DNA from: Centroscyllium fabricii
Taxonomy: Eukaryota
Assembly (NCBI GenBank): GCA_051313645.2
Contig: JBNRSN020000032.1
Coordinates: 23,560,001-23,624,000, forward strand
Reading direction: 5' to 3'
Length of the DNA: 64,000 nt
The notes below the pieces were generated by a model that saw nothing but the letters and a program-made list of their open reading frames with translations, ran no database searches and was not told where the DNA came from. Shown piece by piece: positions 36,444 to 48,440 of the stretch (positions are counted from its first letter, which is position 1; each line of letters opens with the position of its first letter). The position numbers and the translations under genes are program-made.

Positions 36444-38964
36444 TGATGTAATAATGGAGTCTGATAAACAATAACTTAAAGCAAAGATTTAATCCAAGAC
36501 ATTATCACTATGTACAAAGATGGGTTCCACTATGCTTCCAGGTGAAGCCCTCTCCCCACACTGAGCAGTTCCAGCATTTATAGTAACAGGAAACAGGAAG
36601 TGACATGCACAGAGTTCACCCCTTAGTCTTCCCCCGGAAGTCTGTTCAATATTACCACATTCTTCCCTCCTGCAAAATGAAAAGGCGGGAATCTTTTTAT
36701 TCAGGAGTAGCCGAACAAGGAGGAGACGCACCCTTTTGCGTTCTCGTTGCTGGGTTGATGGTCCGTCCCTGTGGACAATGTCTGGGTCTCTGGACCGTTT
36801 ATCTGTTGTTGGCCACGGGTCAGAACCTGCGTGGCCAGGATTACCCTGTGAAGGGTTGGGGAGATCATGGCTCCACGTACGAGCTCCAATAGGTGCAGAG
36901 CTGGTTTGTCCCTGGTCAGGGGAAGGCACAGAGCTGGGCTGTGGCCAATTGGCACTTTGGCATGAGGCACCGGGAGGATCATGACTCTGTGTACGAGCCC
37001 CCACAGGCTCAGAGTCGGTTGGTGGCTGGTCAGTGTCCTGGAAAGAGGTACTTGGCAGGTCGTAACTTCTAGTGTGGGATTTGACCGGCGCAAAGATAGT
37101 TGGTGTCAGATCCGGGTCCTGGAGAGTGGTACCTGGTGGGTCTCTGGAGGCCCCTGGTAGGATATTATCCCTTGGCGTCCCTCTAGGTCCTAGTGGGCAG
37201 GGTGCCAGGTCCCGCAATGATACGGTAGACTCTCAACCGTCGGGATATCTTATGTAGGCATAGGTAGGGTTGGCATCAGTTAGTTCAACCTCATCTACGA
37301 GAGGGTCATTTTTAGATGTCCGAGCATATCTTCGGAGCAGTACGGGTCCCGGAGTAGTTAGCCATGATGGAAGAGATGCCCCATAAGATGAGCGACACTG
37401 GAATCCAAAGAACCATTCATGAGGTGTAGTATTTGTGGCTGTAGACAGAAGGGACCGTATAGAGTGTAATGCATCCGGAAGCACTGCTTCCCATTGCTGG
37501 ATTGGTAGGCTCTGAGATTTTAAAGCAAGCCGGAGATTCTGGTATTAAGTGATGACTGAGCCATTGCAATTGCCTGGTCCGATGGGAAGACATGTAGTTT
37601 CAATTTCTCAACAATCTGTTTTCTAATGAAACTATCAGTACTTCCTGAGTCAATTAAGGCATCAAAGGAATGCCCATTAATCGAGACCTTTGTGGCTGCA
37701 TGAAATAAATTTTGAGGGCAGGCAGCTGTAATTGGTGTGGTTGCACAGAGGGAGGCTGTAATTCTAGGTGTGTTTCTTCGAGAGGGAGCTCGATAGGTGC
37801 TAGCTGGAGCATCTTGATAGGCCCTAATTGGGGCAGCTCGGTAGGCCTTGGCTTGATAGGCCCTCGTAGAGGCTCTTGATTGACAAACGTTTGCAAAGTG
37901 TCCCTTTTTTCTGCAATGACTGCAGATTGCATTGCGAGCAGGGCAGAATTTCCTAGGGTGAAAAGAGTCTCCACAAAAGAAGCATTTCTTTCTAGATTGC
38001 CAAGAGGCTGCTAAAGTGGGGTCATCCTCCTCCTCATCACTGAACTCATCAGGACTAGATTCTTCCATGATAGGGTCCACCTGATGCCCCTTGAATGGTC
38101 TGATTGCAGTTGCAGCAGCAGTTTGAGATCTGGGCAGCTGATAGAGGTCTGATTTTTTTTTTTCCAAGTCCAGAGCACAAGCCAGGTCAAAAGCCTTTGA
38201 TAGCTCAAGCGTTTTTCTCTCTAGCAGATGCTGGCATATAAATGGAGAGGCGATCCCGCAGATGAAAGCATCTCGAATCATTTCTTCGCGGTACACCTCA
38301 GCCGATGCTGCCTTAAAATTACAATCTACACTGAGCCTGCGAAGTTCTTGAAGGAACTCCTGAATCAATTGCCCTGGCCTTTCTTGGGCCATGCACAGTA
38401 AATGTCTAGCATAGACCTCGTTTGGGGCCTTAGTATATAGTTCTTTCAGTGCTTGGATTACCTCGTTATAGTTATCCCATTTATCAACATATTCATATAT
38501 GTTTGGGGACACATAATTCACAAGTAATCGTAGTTTGGTAGAGGCATCCTCACAACATTCTTCAAGAAATTCTCAAAAGTATAAAACCAATGCTTCCATA
38601 CCTTGGCAGCTGCTGGTGCATTTGGGTCCAGATCCAGTCGAGTCGGTTTGAGGAGGCTTTCCATGATGGGTTGGTCCCTGGATCCTCAGTTCCGTGCTGT
38701 CCAAAAGTTTTAAGGATTTTGAGCGTGAAGTTTTTAGTGGATTAAATTGATGTAATAATGGAGTCTGATACGTCAATAACTTAAAGCAAAGCTTTAATCC
38801 ACTACATTATCACTATGCACCAACATGGGTTCCACCATGCTTCCAGGTGAAGCCCTCTCCCCACACTGAGCAGTTCCAGCATTTATAGTGACAGGAAACA
38901 GGAAGTGACATGCACTGAATTCACCCCTTAGTCTTCCCCCCGAAGTCTGTTCAATATTACCACA
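36444..38964 (-). mobile_element. Internally deleted Gypsy element nested in the Mag-like gag, no tRNA PBS
   Basis: LTRs 36444-36659 and 38748-38964; 5-bp TSD AGTAG; gag, two knuckles and protease (LIDSGS) joined directly to integrase C-terminus near 37520. Confidence 0.92.
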
Positions 38965-39409
38965 AGTAGTTTGGCAGCTCATCGCCAAATACACAGTTTT
39001 TAGACAGTCTTCTGTGTTCTGTTATGTACTCTGATTGTGACTCTCCTTTTTGTTGGTCCCGTTTAAAGAACTTGAATCGTTCTGCTACAAATGGGGGTTT
39101 GGGGTTTAAGTTTGCTTTTAAAATGTCTATAATCTGTTGTAGCATTTTGTCTGCTGGCTTATCTGCAGACACCAGGGTTCTCAACAACCCGTAAGTTTCA
39201 GACCCCATTGCATTCAGCAGGGTGCTGGCTTTGTTTGCATCAGTGACTGCCTGTACTTGGCAATAAATGTCAAAGCATTCTAGGTATGCCTCCCAGTCTT
39301 GCTTTTCTAGTTGGAAGGCCCCATATATGTTTGATTTTGCCATGGTTAAATTTCCCGATGCGTCCAAAATGGTGTCTTTTCCCAGCTTTTTGTTTCTCTT
39401 CCGGCTCAT

Positions 39410-39705
39410 TTACCGCCTTAAAATGCCATATTCCCGCCTTTTTGTTTCTCTTCTGGTGCTTTTCCCACCTCAAAATGGCATTTTTCCGCCTTTTTGTTTC
39501 TCTTCCGGCACTTTTCCCACCTAAAAATGGCGTTTTCCCGCCTTTTTGCTTCTCTTCTGGCGCTTTTCCCGCCTCAAAATGGCATTTTCCCACCTTCTTG
39601 TTTCTCTTCTGGGACTTTTCCCGCCTAAAATGGCATTTTCCCACCTTTTTGCTTCTCTACCGGCGCTTTTCCTACCTCGAAATGGCATTTTCCCGCCTTT
39701 TTTTT
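39410..39705. repeat. ~52-bp tandem repeat in the Mag-like leader
   Basis: About six units of AAAATGGCATTTTCCCGCCTTTTTGTTTCTC... Confidence 0.85.
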
Positions 39706-39819
39706 CCTTTCCTTCCCCGATGAGTTTCCAATTACCCGTGATCGCTGGGAAGGATTGCGCTCTACCTGTACTCGCCTGTTGTCCCGTGCCTGGAGGACCA
39801 AACCTGATCCTCGACAGCC

Positions 39820-40100
39820 TCCATGTACGACTGCCTCTGCCGCACTGGCTCTCCTCTGTCGACGCCCGACATCGCCTGCCGCTGCCGTTGTCTGCCCCTC
39901 GGCGGATGCCCGATGTCCGACTGCCGCTGCCGTTGTCTGTCTCTCGGTCGACGTCCGATGTGCAACTGCTACTTCCGCACTGGCCCTGCCTCGACGTCGA
40001 CGTCCGATGTCCAACTGCCGTTGCTGGGCTGGGTCCCCCCGTTTTGCGACCTACCTGCCGTTGCTGAGCTGGGTCCCCGATTTCTGCTGCCTCCTGCCGA
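39820..40100. repeat. GC-rich degenerate tandem repeats in the Mag-like leader
   Basis: Recurring CTGCCGCTGCCGTTGTCTG, GACGTCCGATG and CTGCCGTTGCTG(G/A)GCTGGGTCCCC. Confidence 0.65.
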
Positions 40101-40327
40101 CGACACTATTGTCGACGCTTCTCCCTGCGATGTTGAAGAGCTGGTTGTGCTGATAGTACCAACACCGCTCCCGATATTGGAGTGCTGGCTGTCTCTGTTC
40201 CCTCTGCGTCACTGGAGAATCGCTGCGCTGCCTGTTTTGGAGTGCAGCGTCTGTCGTTGTAGTCGATGGTCACCGGTAAGAAAAAAAATGTTTCTTTCTT
40301 TTTCTTGTAAACCGACCTCGTTGTCAT

Positions 40328-40539
40328 TGTTGAGTCTGTTCTATGTGTCTATTATAACAACGGACTAGACTCCAAGGTATAAAACAAGGAGGTGTTTATT
40401 CTGCAATTACAGAGTATGGAACTGAGCATATCGCTCCACGTACGAACTTATATACACTGTGGTAGACCGCGGTACTGCAGTATTACGGCACTACACAAAG
40501 TAGTGCCCAGTAGAATTACTTAAAGGCACATACACAACA
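40328..40539 (-). repeat. 5' LTR of Mag-like element
   Basis: Direct repeat of 26747-26959. Confidence 0.95.
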
Positions 40540-43321
40540 CATACCATGCACCAGCAATTGCTGAATGCATTGCACAGCTGGCAAGAGAGCTTCTGCAACA
40601 TGTTTGAGAGTGTGGAGAGGTGCTGGAGCAAGACATTGACTTCTGCAGTGAGTCATGGAGCATTTGGTTGCCTCAATGGATGCTGCAGCTGGGTCCTCCT
40701 GACCCCTATCCTTCCTCCGTGGCCTCCTCTCCTGACCCCGATCCTGACGGCCCTCCTCTCCCGACAACCGTTCCACCATGATCCCGGCCTGGACCTCCGA
40801 TCTTCTTGCTCCTCAGCCCTGAGATCCAAGGTCCAATTATTTTCCACCCTCTAACAAATAACTGGTTTACATAATGTTTTCTACACATGAAATATTATAG
40901 AAAAATTACATAGATCTTTGCTTCATAGGTTTGCATATTAAATCATTTACAATCCAAAGGCATAATGAGTGGAAAGTGAAGACCTTATGATGTGTTACTA
41001 TACTGAAACCATCATACGGTATGTTTGTGCTGCAACTTTAGCATTAGTGAGTTGGCTTCTGTTTTGCACTAAGGCTCATGTTACAGTACAAAATTAGAAT
41101 AAGCACTTAATCTGACTCCACAGAGGAGGTACTGTCACACTGTTTTTGCTTGTGTAAATGGACTACTACTTTGCTGGAACTGATACTAAGCATGAGAAAT
41201 GAGGATGACTTGTGTATAATTGGCATCCACTTTTTTTCAGAAAACAAGCCCTTGTATTTGTTTTCTTAAATTCATTTATGGGATGTGGGCATCGCTGGCA
41301 AGGCCAGCATTTATTGCCCATCCCCAATTGCCCTTGAGAAGCTGTTGGTGAGCTGCCTTCTTGAACTGCTGCAGTTCGTATGGTGAAGTTACTCCCACAG
41401 TGCTTTTAGGTAAGGAGTTCCAGAATTTTGACTCAGCGGCGATGAAGGATCGGCGACATACTTCTAAGTCAGGATGCTTTGTGACTTGGAGGGGAACTTG
41501 GAGGTGGTGATGTTCCCATGCGTCTGCTGCCCTTGTCCTTATAGGTGGAAGAGGTTGCAGGGTTGGGAGGTGCTGCCGAAGAAGCCTTGGCAAGTTGCTG
41601 CAGTGCATCTTGTAGATGGTACACACTGCAGCCACGGTATGCCGGTGGTGGAGGGAGTGGACATTTAAGGTGGTAGCTGGGGTGCCAATCAAGTGGGCTG
41701 CTTTGACCTGGATGGTGTTGAGCTTCTTGAGTGTTGTTGGAGCTGCACTCATCCAGGCAAGTGGAGAATATTCCATCACACTCCTTACTTGTGCCTTGGA
41801 GATGGCAGAAAGGCTTTGGGGAGTCAGGAGGTGAGACACTCACCGCAGAATACCTAGCCTTTGACCTGCTCTTGTTGCCATAGTATTTATGTTGTAAGGA
41901 GTTTGGTTTCCTTGTCCTTACAAGGGTTCTTTGACTCTGGGTTTTACAGGAACAAAATGGTAGATGACACAAAGGTTTAGGTTCAACCCAAAACTGTTAG
42001 TTTATTAAAAGCAACAAAACACAGACAAAACCCTGTTGAGATTTGGCTGAAACTTATAATCACCCATACGGTCGGTCACTGTTGTTGTGGATTGTAGGCC
42101 TGGATCGGAGATGACCTGTCCCCATCCTCCTTTATCTGACTGCAGCTGCCTACACAGCAGAAACCCCTTGTAGAGTCAACTGATACTTACAATCACCCGT
42201 CCGACTGGTTGTGGCCAACGTCGATTGCAGGCTAGGAGCTAGAGATGGCCGTCTTCCCTTCCTTCTTACACCTGGCAGTTGCTGTAGGCAGAGCTAGCTT
42301 CCAAGAGAGAGAGCTTCTGAGAGAGCTTCTGAGAGAAAGAGAGTGATCGCTGTGGTGTGTTCCTTCTTATAGTTCTTTTAGTCACCTGGCCCCATGCTTG
42401 GCCTCCCCCAACCAGTCTCGGTTGTTGGTTTGCTGAACTGTCCAACATTCACACCTTGTCAACCTGTAATTCAATCACCGGAGGTGTACAGAGTTGTGAG
42501 ATCGAAGATAACTCCTTATCTCCTCTCCCGCTTTCTGTAAGTAAGTAAGTAAGTAAGTAAGTAAAAATGTTATTGTCACACAACTGAAAATAAACATTAA
42601 ATTCAGAAGGTGAAATGCTTACTGCAGTTTCACGCACTATATAACAACTAAACAACTACAACTATACAACAAGAACAAAGACACACAGCACGTGAGAACC
42701 CACAAGACGTCAAGCCATTTTTCCGGCGCCATCGTTGAGGGTCCGCATGTGCTCCGGTTCCTAGATTCGACGTTATTAAAAAAACAAATCTTCAATCAAT
42801 TCAATATATATATAAATATAAATATGTTCAAGTTAATCAGTGTTTAAGGGAGTCCAGAAGGCGACCCAATCACCGACCATCCATCCGACCGCAGACCACG
42901 CAGGTCAACCAATTTCTCAGCTCCTGGATTGAAGAAACTAGTCCCGACTCTGACCACTGCTCCATGAATGTCCATACAATCTTCTGGAAGAAAGTGAAGG
43001 AGTCCACATACAGCCAATGGCCCGATTCACGCCCGACGAATTGCTCTTGCTCCCTCATCTCTGGAGCAAGGGGACAATGTCTGACAGCGACAACGGCCCG
43101 ATGAAGGCCCGACGACCTCCTCTACCTTCACACCTCTGGAGAGATGGAACAGCGCTCGACGCCGACCAACGGGCCAGAATTTTCTCTGCTCCAGAGGAGC
43201 TGCACACGCACGGAGGGGGGTCCGAAATGCCCCGTGGGTGTGCAGCACGGGGGATGCCCACGAACGGGAATTTCCTCTGCTGAGGGAGAAGGGCCCTCAG
43301 CATCAAACGCAGGAGTGAGTT

Positions 43322-44008
43322 GCACCCAGAATTTGCAATCCAAAAGGGTGATTTTTGGAGAGTGATTCTGTGTGCAACTGGTCCACAAGCTGCACCCGGG
43401 AAAACCAGTAGTAAACTCGTGCGTGAGGGACAGGATTTAGTTACTAAAGCAGGTAAGTTCATTTTTTAACTTTATTTTAAATTTTTTACAGTTTTTGGGA
43501 GTAATGTGGCCAGATCGGTAGCGTTAAATTTTTAAGTTAAAGTTTTTTTTTTTAAATTACAAATCCGATTTTAAGTTAATTTACCTGTTTCAAATTGCTA
43601 ATTTTTAAAGTTAAATTTCTGAAATTTTTAACTCTCTAGCTATTAAAAAATCTAAGAGGAAAAAATGGCAGACTTACCTTGCGTTTCTTCCTCTGAGAAG
43701 CTGCTCTGCCCGCGCTGCTCCCCCCCGAGTCTGTGAGTGCAGCCCCGCACTTCCCTGCTCTCACAAAGGTCCGACTCGGGATCTGTGCGCATTTTTTAAT
43801 TTAAATTAGGGATCTGGGGACGTTTTTAATTTAAATTTGGGATCTGTGGGCGGGGCATACACTGCGCACCTAGCGTGGCTGGACTGCCACGCAGCGCAGG
43901 AACGGGGAGGAAAGTCAGGGAGCAACTTCTGTGCGATGTTGGTGCGTGCGATAGGTGTCCGCAGGGTCCTAGCGCACGCACCAACCTGCACAGAGTAAAA
44001 CCTGGCCC
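43322..44008. mobile_element. Harbinger-type MITE-like element
   Basis: Ends GCACCCAGAATTTGC ... GTAAAACCTGGCCC; AT-rich core as in 2-760. Confidence 0.45.
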
Positions 44009-44198
44009 AATATTACTGTTGATGGGCAGTTGGCTGATTGTCTGCTCGGGACTTGTGTATCTTCCATTCATGTCAGGAAGTCGACCGTGACCCCCATTGT
44101 TTCGGTTAAACTCAGAGCATTGTCCAGATGTTAATTTTTCCCATCAAAACCAATCATGATTCAAGGCTGAATGCTGTGTTTAAATGAATCTCTTCACT

Positions 44199-44235
44199 TC
44201 ACCTGATGAAGGAGCGACGCTCCGAAAGCTTGTGA
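44199..44235 (+). ncRNA. Minimal type I hammerhead ribozyme in a Penelope-like fragment (44190-44285)
   Basis: TCAC-CTGATGA-A-GGAGC-GAC-GCTCC-GAAA-GC-TT-GTGA: conserved core boxes, stem II, stem I TCAC/GTGA, palindromic stem III; AATAAA downstream. Confidence 0.75.
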
Positions 44236-46476
44236 TTTCAAATAAAACTGTTGGACTATAACCTGGTGTTGTGTGACTTCTTACAATGATTCAAGGCCTC
44301 ACAGTTCAATGTCAATGTCCTTTTTAGAGTTAAATATGAGTCAAAGCTTTCATTGTCCAGTATCAATGTGTTCTCCAAGAACTGCAGTCTTTGATAACTG
44401 GCACCTTTGCTGTGCCTCGAAGTTTAACCGTTTCTTGCCCTTACCACTGGGCCAAACAGGCTTTCAGCGTTTTACAAGGTTTTTTTGAAATCTACAATGT
44501 GACTGGTCCAGTTAAGTTTCTGGTCAATGGTGACTCCCACGATGTTGATGGTGGGGCATTTGGTGATGGTAATGTAAAGCATTCCACTGTTACTTTCACT
44601 TTTGCAAAATGGTACATTGTAGCAAAACTGGTAATATTTTTGAAAAAGTAGATATTTCTCTACTCCATATCTTTCAGATGTCTAATTTAATGGCATCAGC
44701 TTTTGTAAGGATAAAACAACCAAAAAAGAGTTCTAGTTACTAACCATTATGGAAAGTACATGTCTCTTTGTCTCTGGGGATCTGCAGTGCTAAGCTTGGC
44801 TGATAAATCAAGATGAAAATATCACCCATGGGATGGCCCTCAACTGTCTGACTCAGCAGACACAGTAAGTACTGAACTATTCCTTGTGGTTGAATTGTGA
44901 TTTGTGCACAATTTAAACTTTGTGCTGTTGTCTGCTTCACTTAACCGTCAATTGTGACATATAATGGAACTTCAGTGAGTTATCAGATAGTCACTTTGTT
45001 GGTCTTAAATGGATTCCGTGCTTGTTGCACAAAATGCACCACAGCTTATTATCGTGTACTTCAGCATTTTCTTAAAGGGACTATGTCCTTCTACTTTTAT
45101 AGATGATTTGGGCATCCACAATGGTGACATTAATTTTGAGCATAGCACAATTTGCACATGACTAATGCCTGTAAATTGTTTTAGAGATGTGATCATAAAG
45201 CCAGATGTTTTTGATGAGGCTGCACCAATGGAACTTGTGTTTGCAAAGTGACGGTTGACCCAAAGTGGCATGCATTGTGAATACACCCAAACTGATACCA
45301 CAGTAAGCATAATAATCAAAATGCTTCACAACCCTTAAGTTGGGATAACATGTAGCATTTATGGGGATTATATTCCATTAAACAGTATTTGTTGCCTTTA
45401 TTTACTGCCATGAAGATAATGGTGTAACAGTGCAACTGCACAGTAACTATGCGGCTTTTATGTTGATGGACTGAAATTACCAATTTAGCCAATTATTAGG
45501 ACTAGGCCCTCACTTCATACCTGATATTTTTCTCTTTGAGACAGTTTTAATAAATTCATAAATGCATTTCACATTCGTTAAAACTAACATACACAGGAAA
45601 ATATGTGTTGGTGAAAATGAGTGATCATGTTAAACGGCATATGGTGGTATCATGTATCAATACAGATGATTGAAGAATACACTGGTGCTCACTGCTTTAG
45701 GTGCAATGAGCTTTCTTGACCTTGCATTATAGCAATGCATTTGCTTTGAATGTAAGCTGTAAAATGGATAATTTTGCAATATGCACTTGCTAAATAATTC
45801 CACGTTTGCAACTGAAATCGGGCACATGAGAACTCAAAAAAAGAGAAGACCACCAAATCAGATTGAACTTTCCAGAAACAACTGCTATTCCATCCAGGAG
45901 GATGTACAATCACCATGGTGAAGGAACTATTCTACATATGATCCCTAGAAGTTTACAGCTCAGAAGGAGGCCATTATGTACATTGTGTTTGTGCTGGGTC
46001 TTTATTAGAGCAATCCAAAATGACTTATGCTGCCCTCTTCTCTCTTCATAGCCCTGTATCTTCACCTGCATCAAATACTTATCTAATTTTCCATTAAAAA
46101 GGTGCAATGATCTCTGCCTAAACTACTTCCTGTAGCAAAGCATTTCATGCTCCAACACCCATCTGCATAAAGAAATGAACTGGGTTTGAAAGAATGATAC
46201 AGAGAAGGAATCAAAAATGTCCATGACAAAATAACCAACTTTTACTTTAACCACTGGAAACATATTGCAGGTAAAAAAATATTGTGATTAATTGGAAAGG
46301 TGACTGTAGTTAACCTTACAATAATTTGAGGTAGTTTGTTTGAAATGAATAGATGATCTCAACAAAACAATTAAAGATGGCACAGTGCAATATCTTCCAT
46401 CCCATCCTAACTCTGTGCAAAAGATGAATAGTGCTGGAAAAAATGGGATGGATGCTAGCCTTTCACCTTTGGATGC

Positions 46477-46665
46477 CATAGAAACATAGAAACTAGGAGC
46501 AGGAGTAGGCCATTCGGCCCTTCGAGCCTGCTCCGCCATTCAATGAGCTCATGGTTGATCATCCAAACCCAGTATACCGCCCCTGCCCTTCTCCCCATAT
46601 CCCTCGATCCCTATCGAGCCTGCATCAACACATATCCCACCCTAACCCCGTAACCCCAATGCTTA
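46477..46665 (-). mobile_element. HE1-like SINE / CR1 3' fragment
   Basis: Similar to 4273-4430 with (TTCTATGT)n tail. Confidence 0.75.
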
Positions 46666-46750
46666 GGGTAGAAACCTGATTTATCGTTGCTATTTTCAAA
46701 TGTAAGTAAGATTGGCTGCCAGTCTTTGGGTCACTGGGTCATTATATGTA

Positions 46751-48023
46751 TGTAAGTTTCTCAAAATTCACAGACCCCCCCAAACCTCAGAGAAATACCC
46801 TAAAGAAAAGGACTTTGGACACTTTTCTAACCACTTCAGGATGATAAAGTGTATTGGGCCTAACAGAGAGAGATTCAAGGTCAAAAACCAAGATTTGGAA
46901 TTTTAAAAAGACATGTTTGGGCTTGTAAGGAAAAGGCTGCAACAGGAGGTGGGGTCAACCAATGTAATAGACAGTTTGAGTATTGGAGTTAATCAAACTG
47001 TCTGGGGAACTGTCTAACATCATTTAGCCACTATCAGACATTTGCATTCTAACAATAGACCCACGGAATAACAGCCCCCACCCAAATTACAGAACCCATC
47101 CGAAACATGCATGAAACAAAATACCTCGTCCAACCTACATAGAAATCTCAAGCCCAGACAGGAAACTCGAAACCTTAGTACAATTACAACAATCAAGTAG
47201 AAGATCAACAACTCATTGAATAAACAGTACTACATCCTGAAACCATTTAACACATTCTTAAAACAAGTTACCTTAATGAGCCCGCCCAAATCAGATGATA
47301 ACCGGGACTGATTTGGCACGCAGATAGGAGGCCCCAATTAGTATAATTAAAAGCCTGTTTTCTAAAGACAGAAAAGGCATGAAGTTCAACAAAAGGCAAG
47401 AAGTTCAAAAGGCTCTGCAGAGAGAGTTCAAGTTCAGCAGCTCGGCAGTTCGCTCTCTACTTCGACACAGGAACTCTCTCTCTCTGGAAGCAACTGTTCA
47501 CTGTCTCTCTCTCTCAAAGTGAGTTCAGCACACAGTTCTCTTTCTGGAAGCACCAGTTTCTATAGAAGTTCTCAACAGTGTCAGTGATCCAGAAAATCAT
47601 CAGACACACAGTCGAAGTCCTCTACTGCATCTGGGGTGCAGCAGGCACCAACCAACACATCCAGTGAACCCCAAAACTGTGAACCAGCTCAACTGTCAAG
47701 GATTCATTTGGTGAGCATTATCCCTGGTCCTCTAGAGCCAAACTCAGCTAGTAAAGTGGTATTGGGAGGGGTGAGGTATTTTTCTACTGTAATTTCCCTT
47801 GTGTGTATTGAAGTGTTCCCCATTTTATTAGAGTGTCAAGGTTGTCGTGTTATATTTTCTCTCTTGGATCAAGATCAATGTTTCTGGCACCAAAACCAGT
47901 TGTTTGTTGCACTTTTTGTCAGAACCCCAAAATAATTCCAAGGTCTAGAACCAAGGGAGTGGGAGCGAATCGAACTGCTCATAAGTCAGAGGTGAAGCTG
48001 ACACACACAACCACCCCCTTACA
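46751..48023 (+). mobile_element. Solo LTR (~1.27 kb)
   Basis: TGTAAG...CTTACA termini with 4-bp TSD TGTA; TATA-like motif at ~47342 followed by CT-rich repeats; orientation tentative. Confidence 0.7.
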
Positions 48024-48234
48024 TGTAGCAACACGTTGCATACATTTGTGAAGAGTTCCTCTGTATGTTATTTGTAGCAGAACTATAAACATATATGTCT
48101 AGGCCATATTGATGATTTTGTTAGAATATGGAACAGTGTAAATCTTCATAAATACATTTAGAAACAACAGCAACAACTTGCATTTATATAACATCTTTAA
48201 CATAGAAAAATATCTCAATGAACAAGTATGATTT

Positions 48235-48440
48235 GGAGCTAAGTATGCCAGGCTATTGGATCTTTAGAAAGTACAGGGAAATTGGGAAAGGAGGGGGAGT
48301 AGCAATATTGATTTAAAAACCTCACAATTACCGCAGTAGAAAGAAGGGATGTCTGTAAGGATCTTCAGGCAATGGAAATACTATGGATAGAGTTAAAGAA
48401 CAGCAAAGGATAAAAGGACATTTTTTAAACTATAGACCAC
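48235..48440 (+). mobile_element. Old CR1 endonuclease fragment
   Basis: PGYWIFRK...KGGGVAILI...LWIELKNSKG. Confidence 0.6.

Larger units (their letters stand above)
26747..40539 (-). mobile_element. Ty3/Gypsy element (Mag / K02A2.6-like) hosting multiple nested insertions
   Basis: LTRs 26747-26959 and 40328-40539; 5-bp TSD CATAC; PPT AAGAGGGGAGGAA; degenerate PBS TGACAACGAGG (cf. tRNA-Ser type TGGCGACGAGG); gag near 39350, RT (WSEWATPIVPV, CYLDDILV), IN (WEWPSSPWQRIHIDFAGP). Confidence 0.92.
41893..44496 (-). mobile_element. Solo LTR with nested insertions
   Basis: TGTA...TACA termini flanked by 4-bp TSD ATGT; AATAAA on minus near 42001. Confidence 0.75.
41275..44575 (-). mobile_element. 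CR1-superfamily (L2/Crack-like) LINE 3' fragment split by a solo LTR
   Basis: KAQVRSVMEYSPLAW...LHHRHTVAAVCTIYKMH at 41275-41892; resumes at 44497-44575. Confidence 0.75.

Noticed and set aside
39410-39705. CRISPR-like array
   Set aside because: Whole units are degenerate copies with no unique spacers; eukaryotic context, no cas genes
46701-46750. Alternative left end of the solo LTR at TGTAAG 46701
   Set aside because: No TSD there; 46751 gives a matching TGTA duplication
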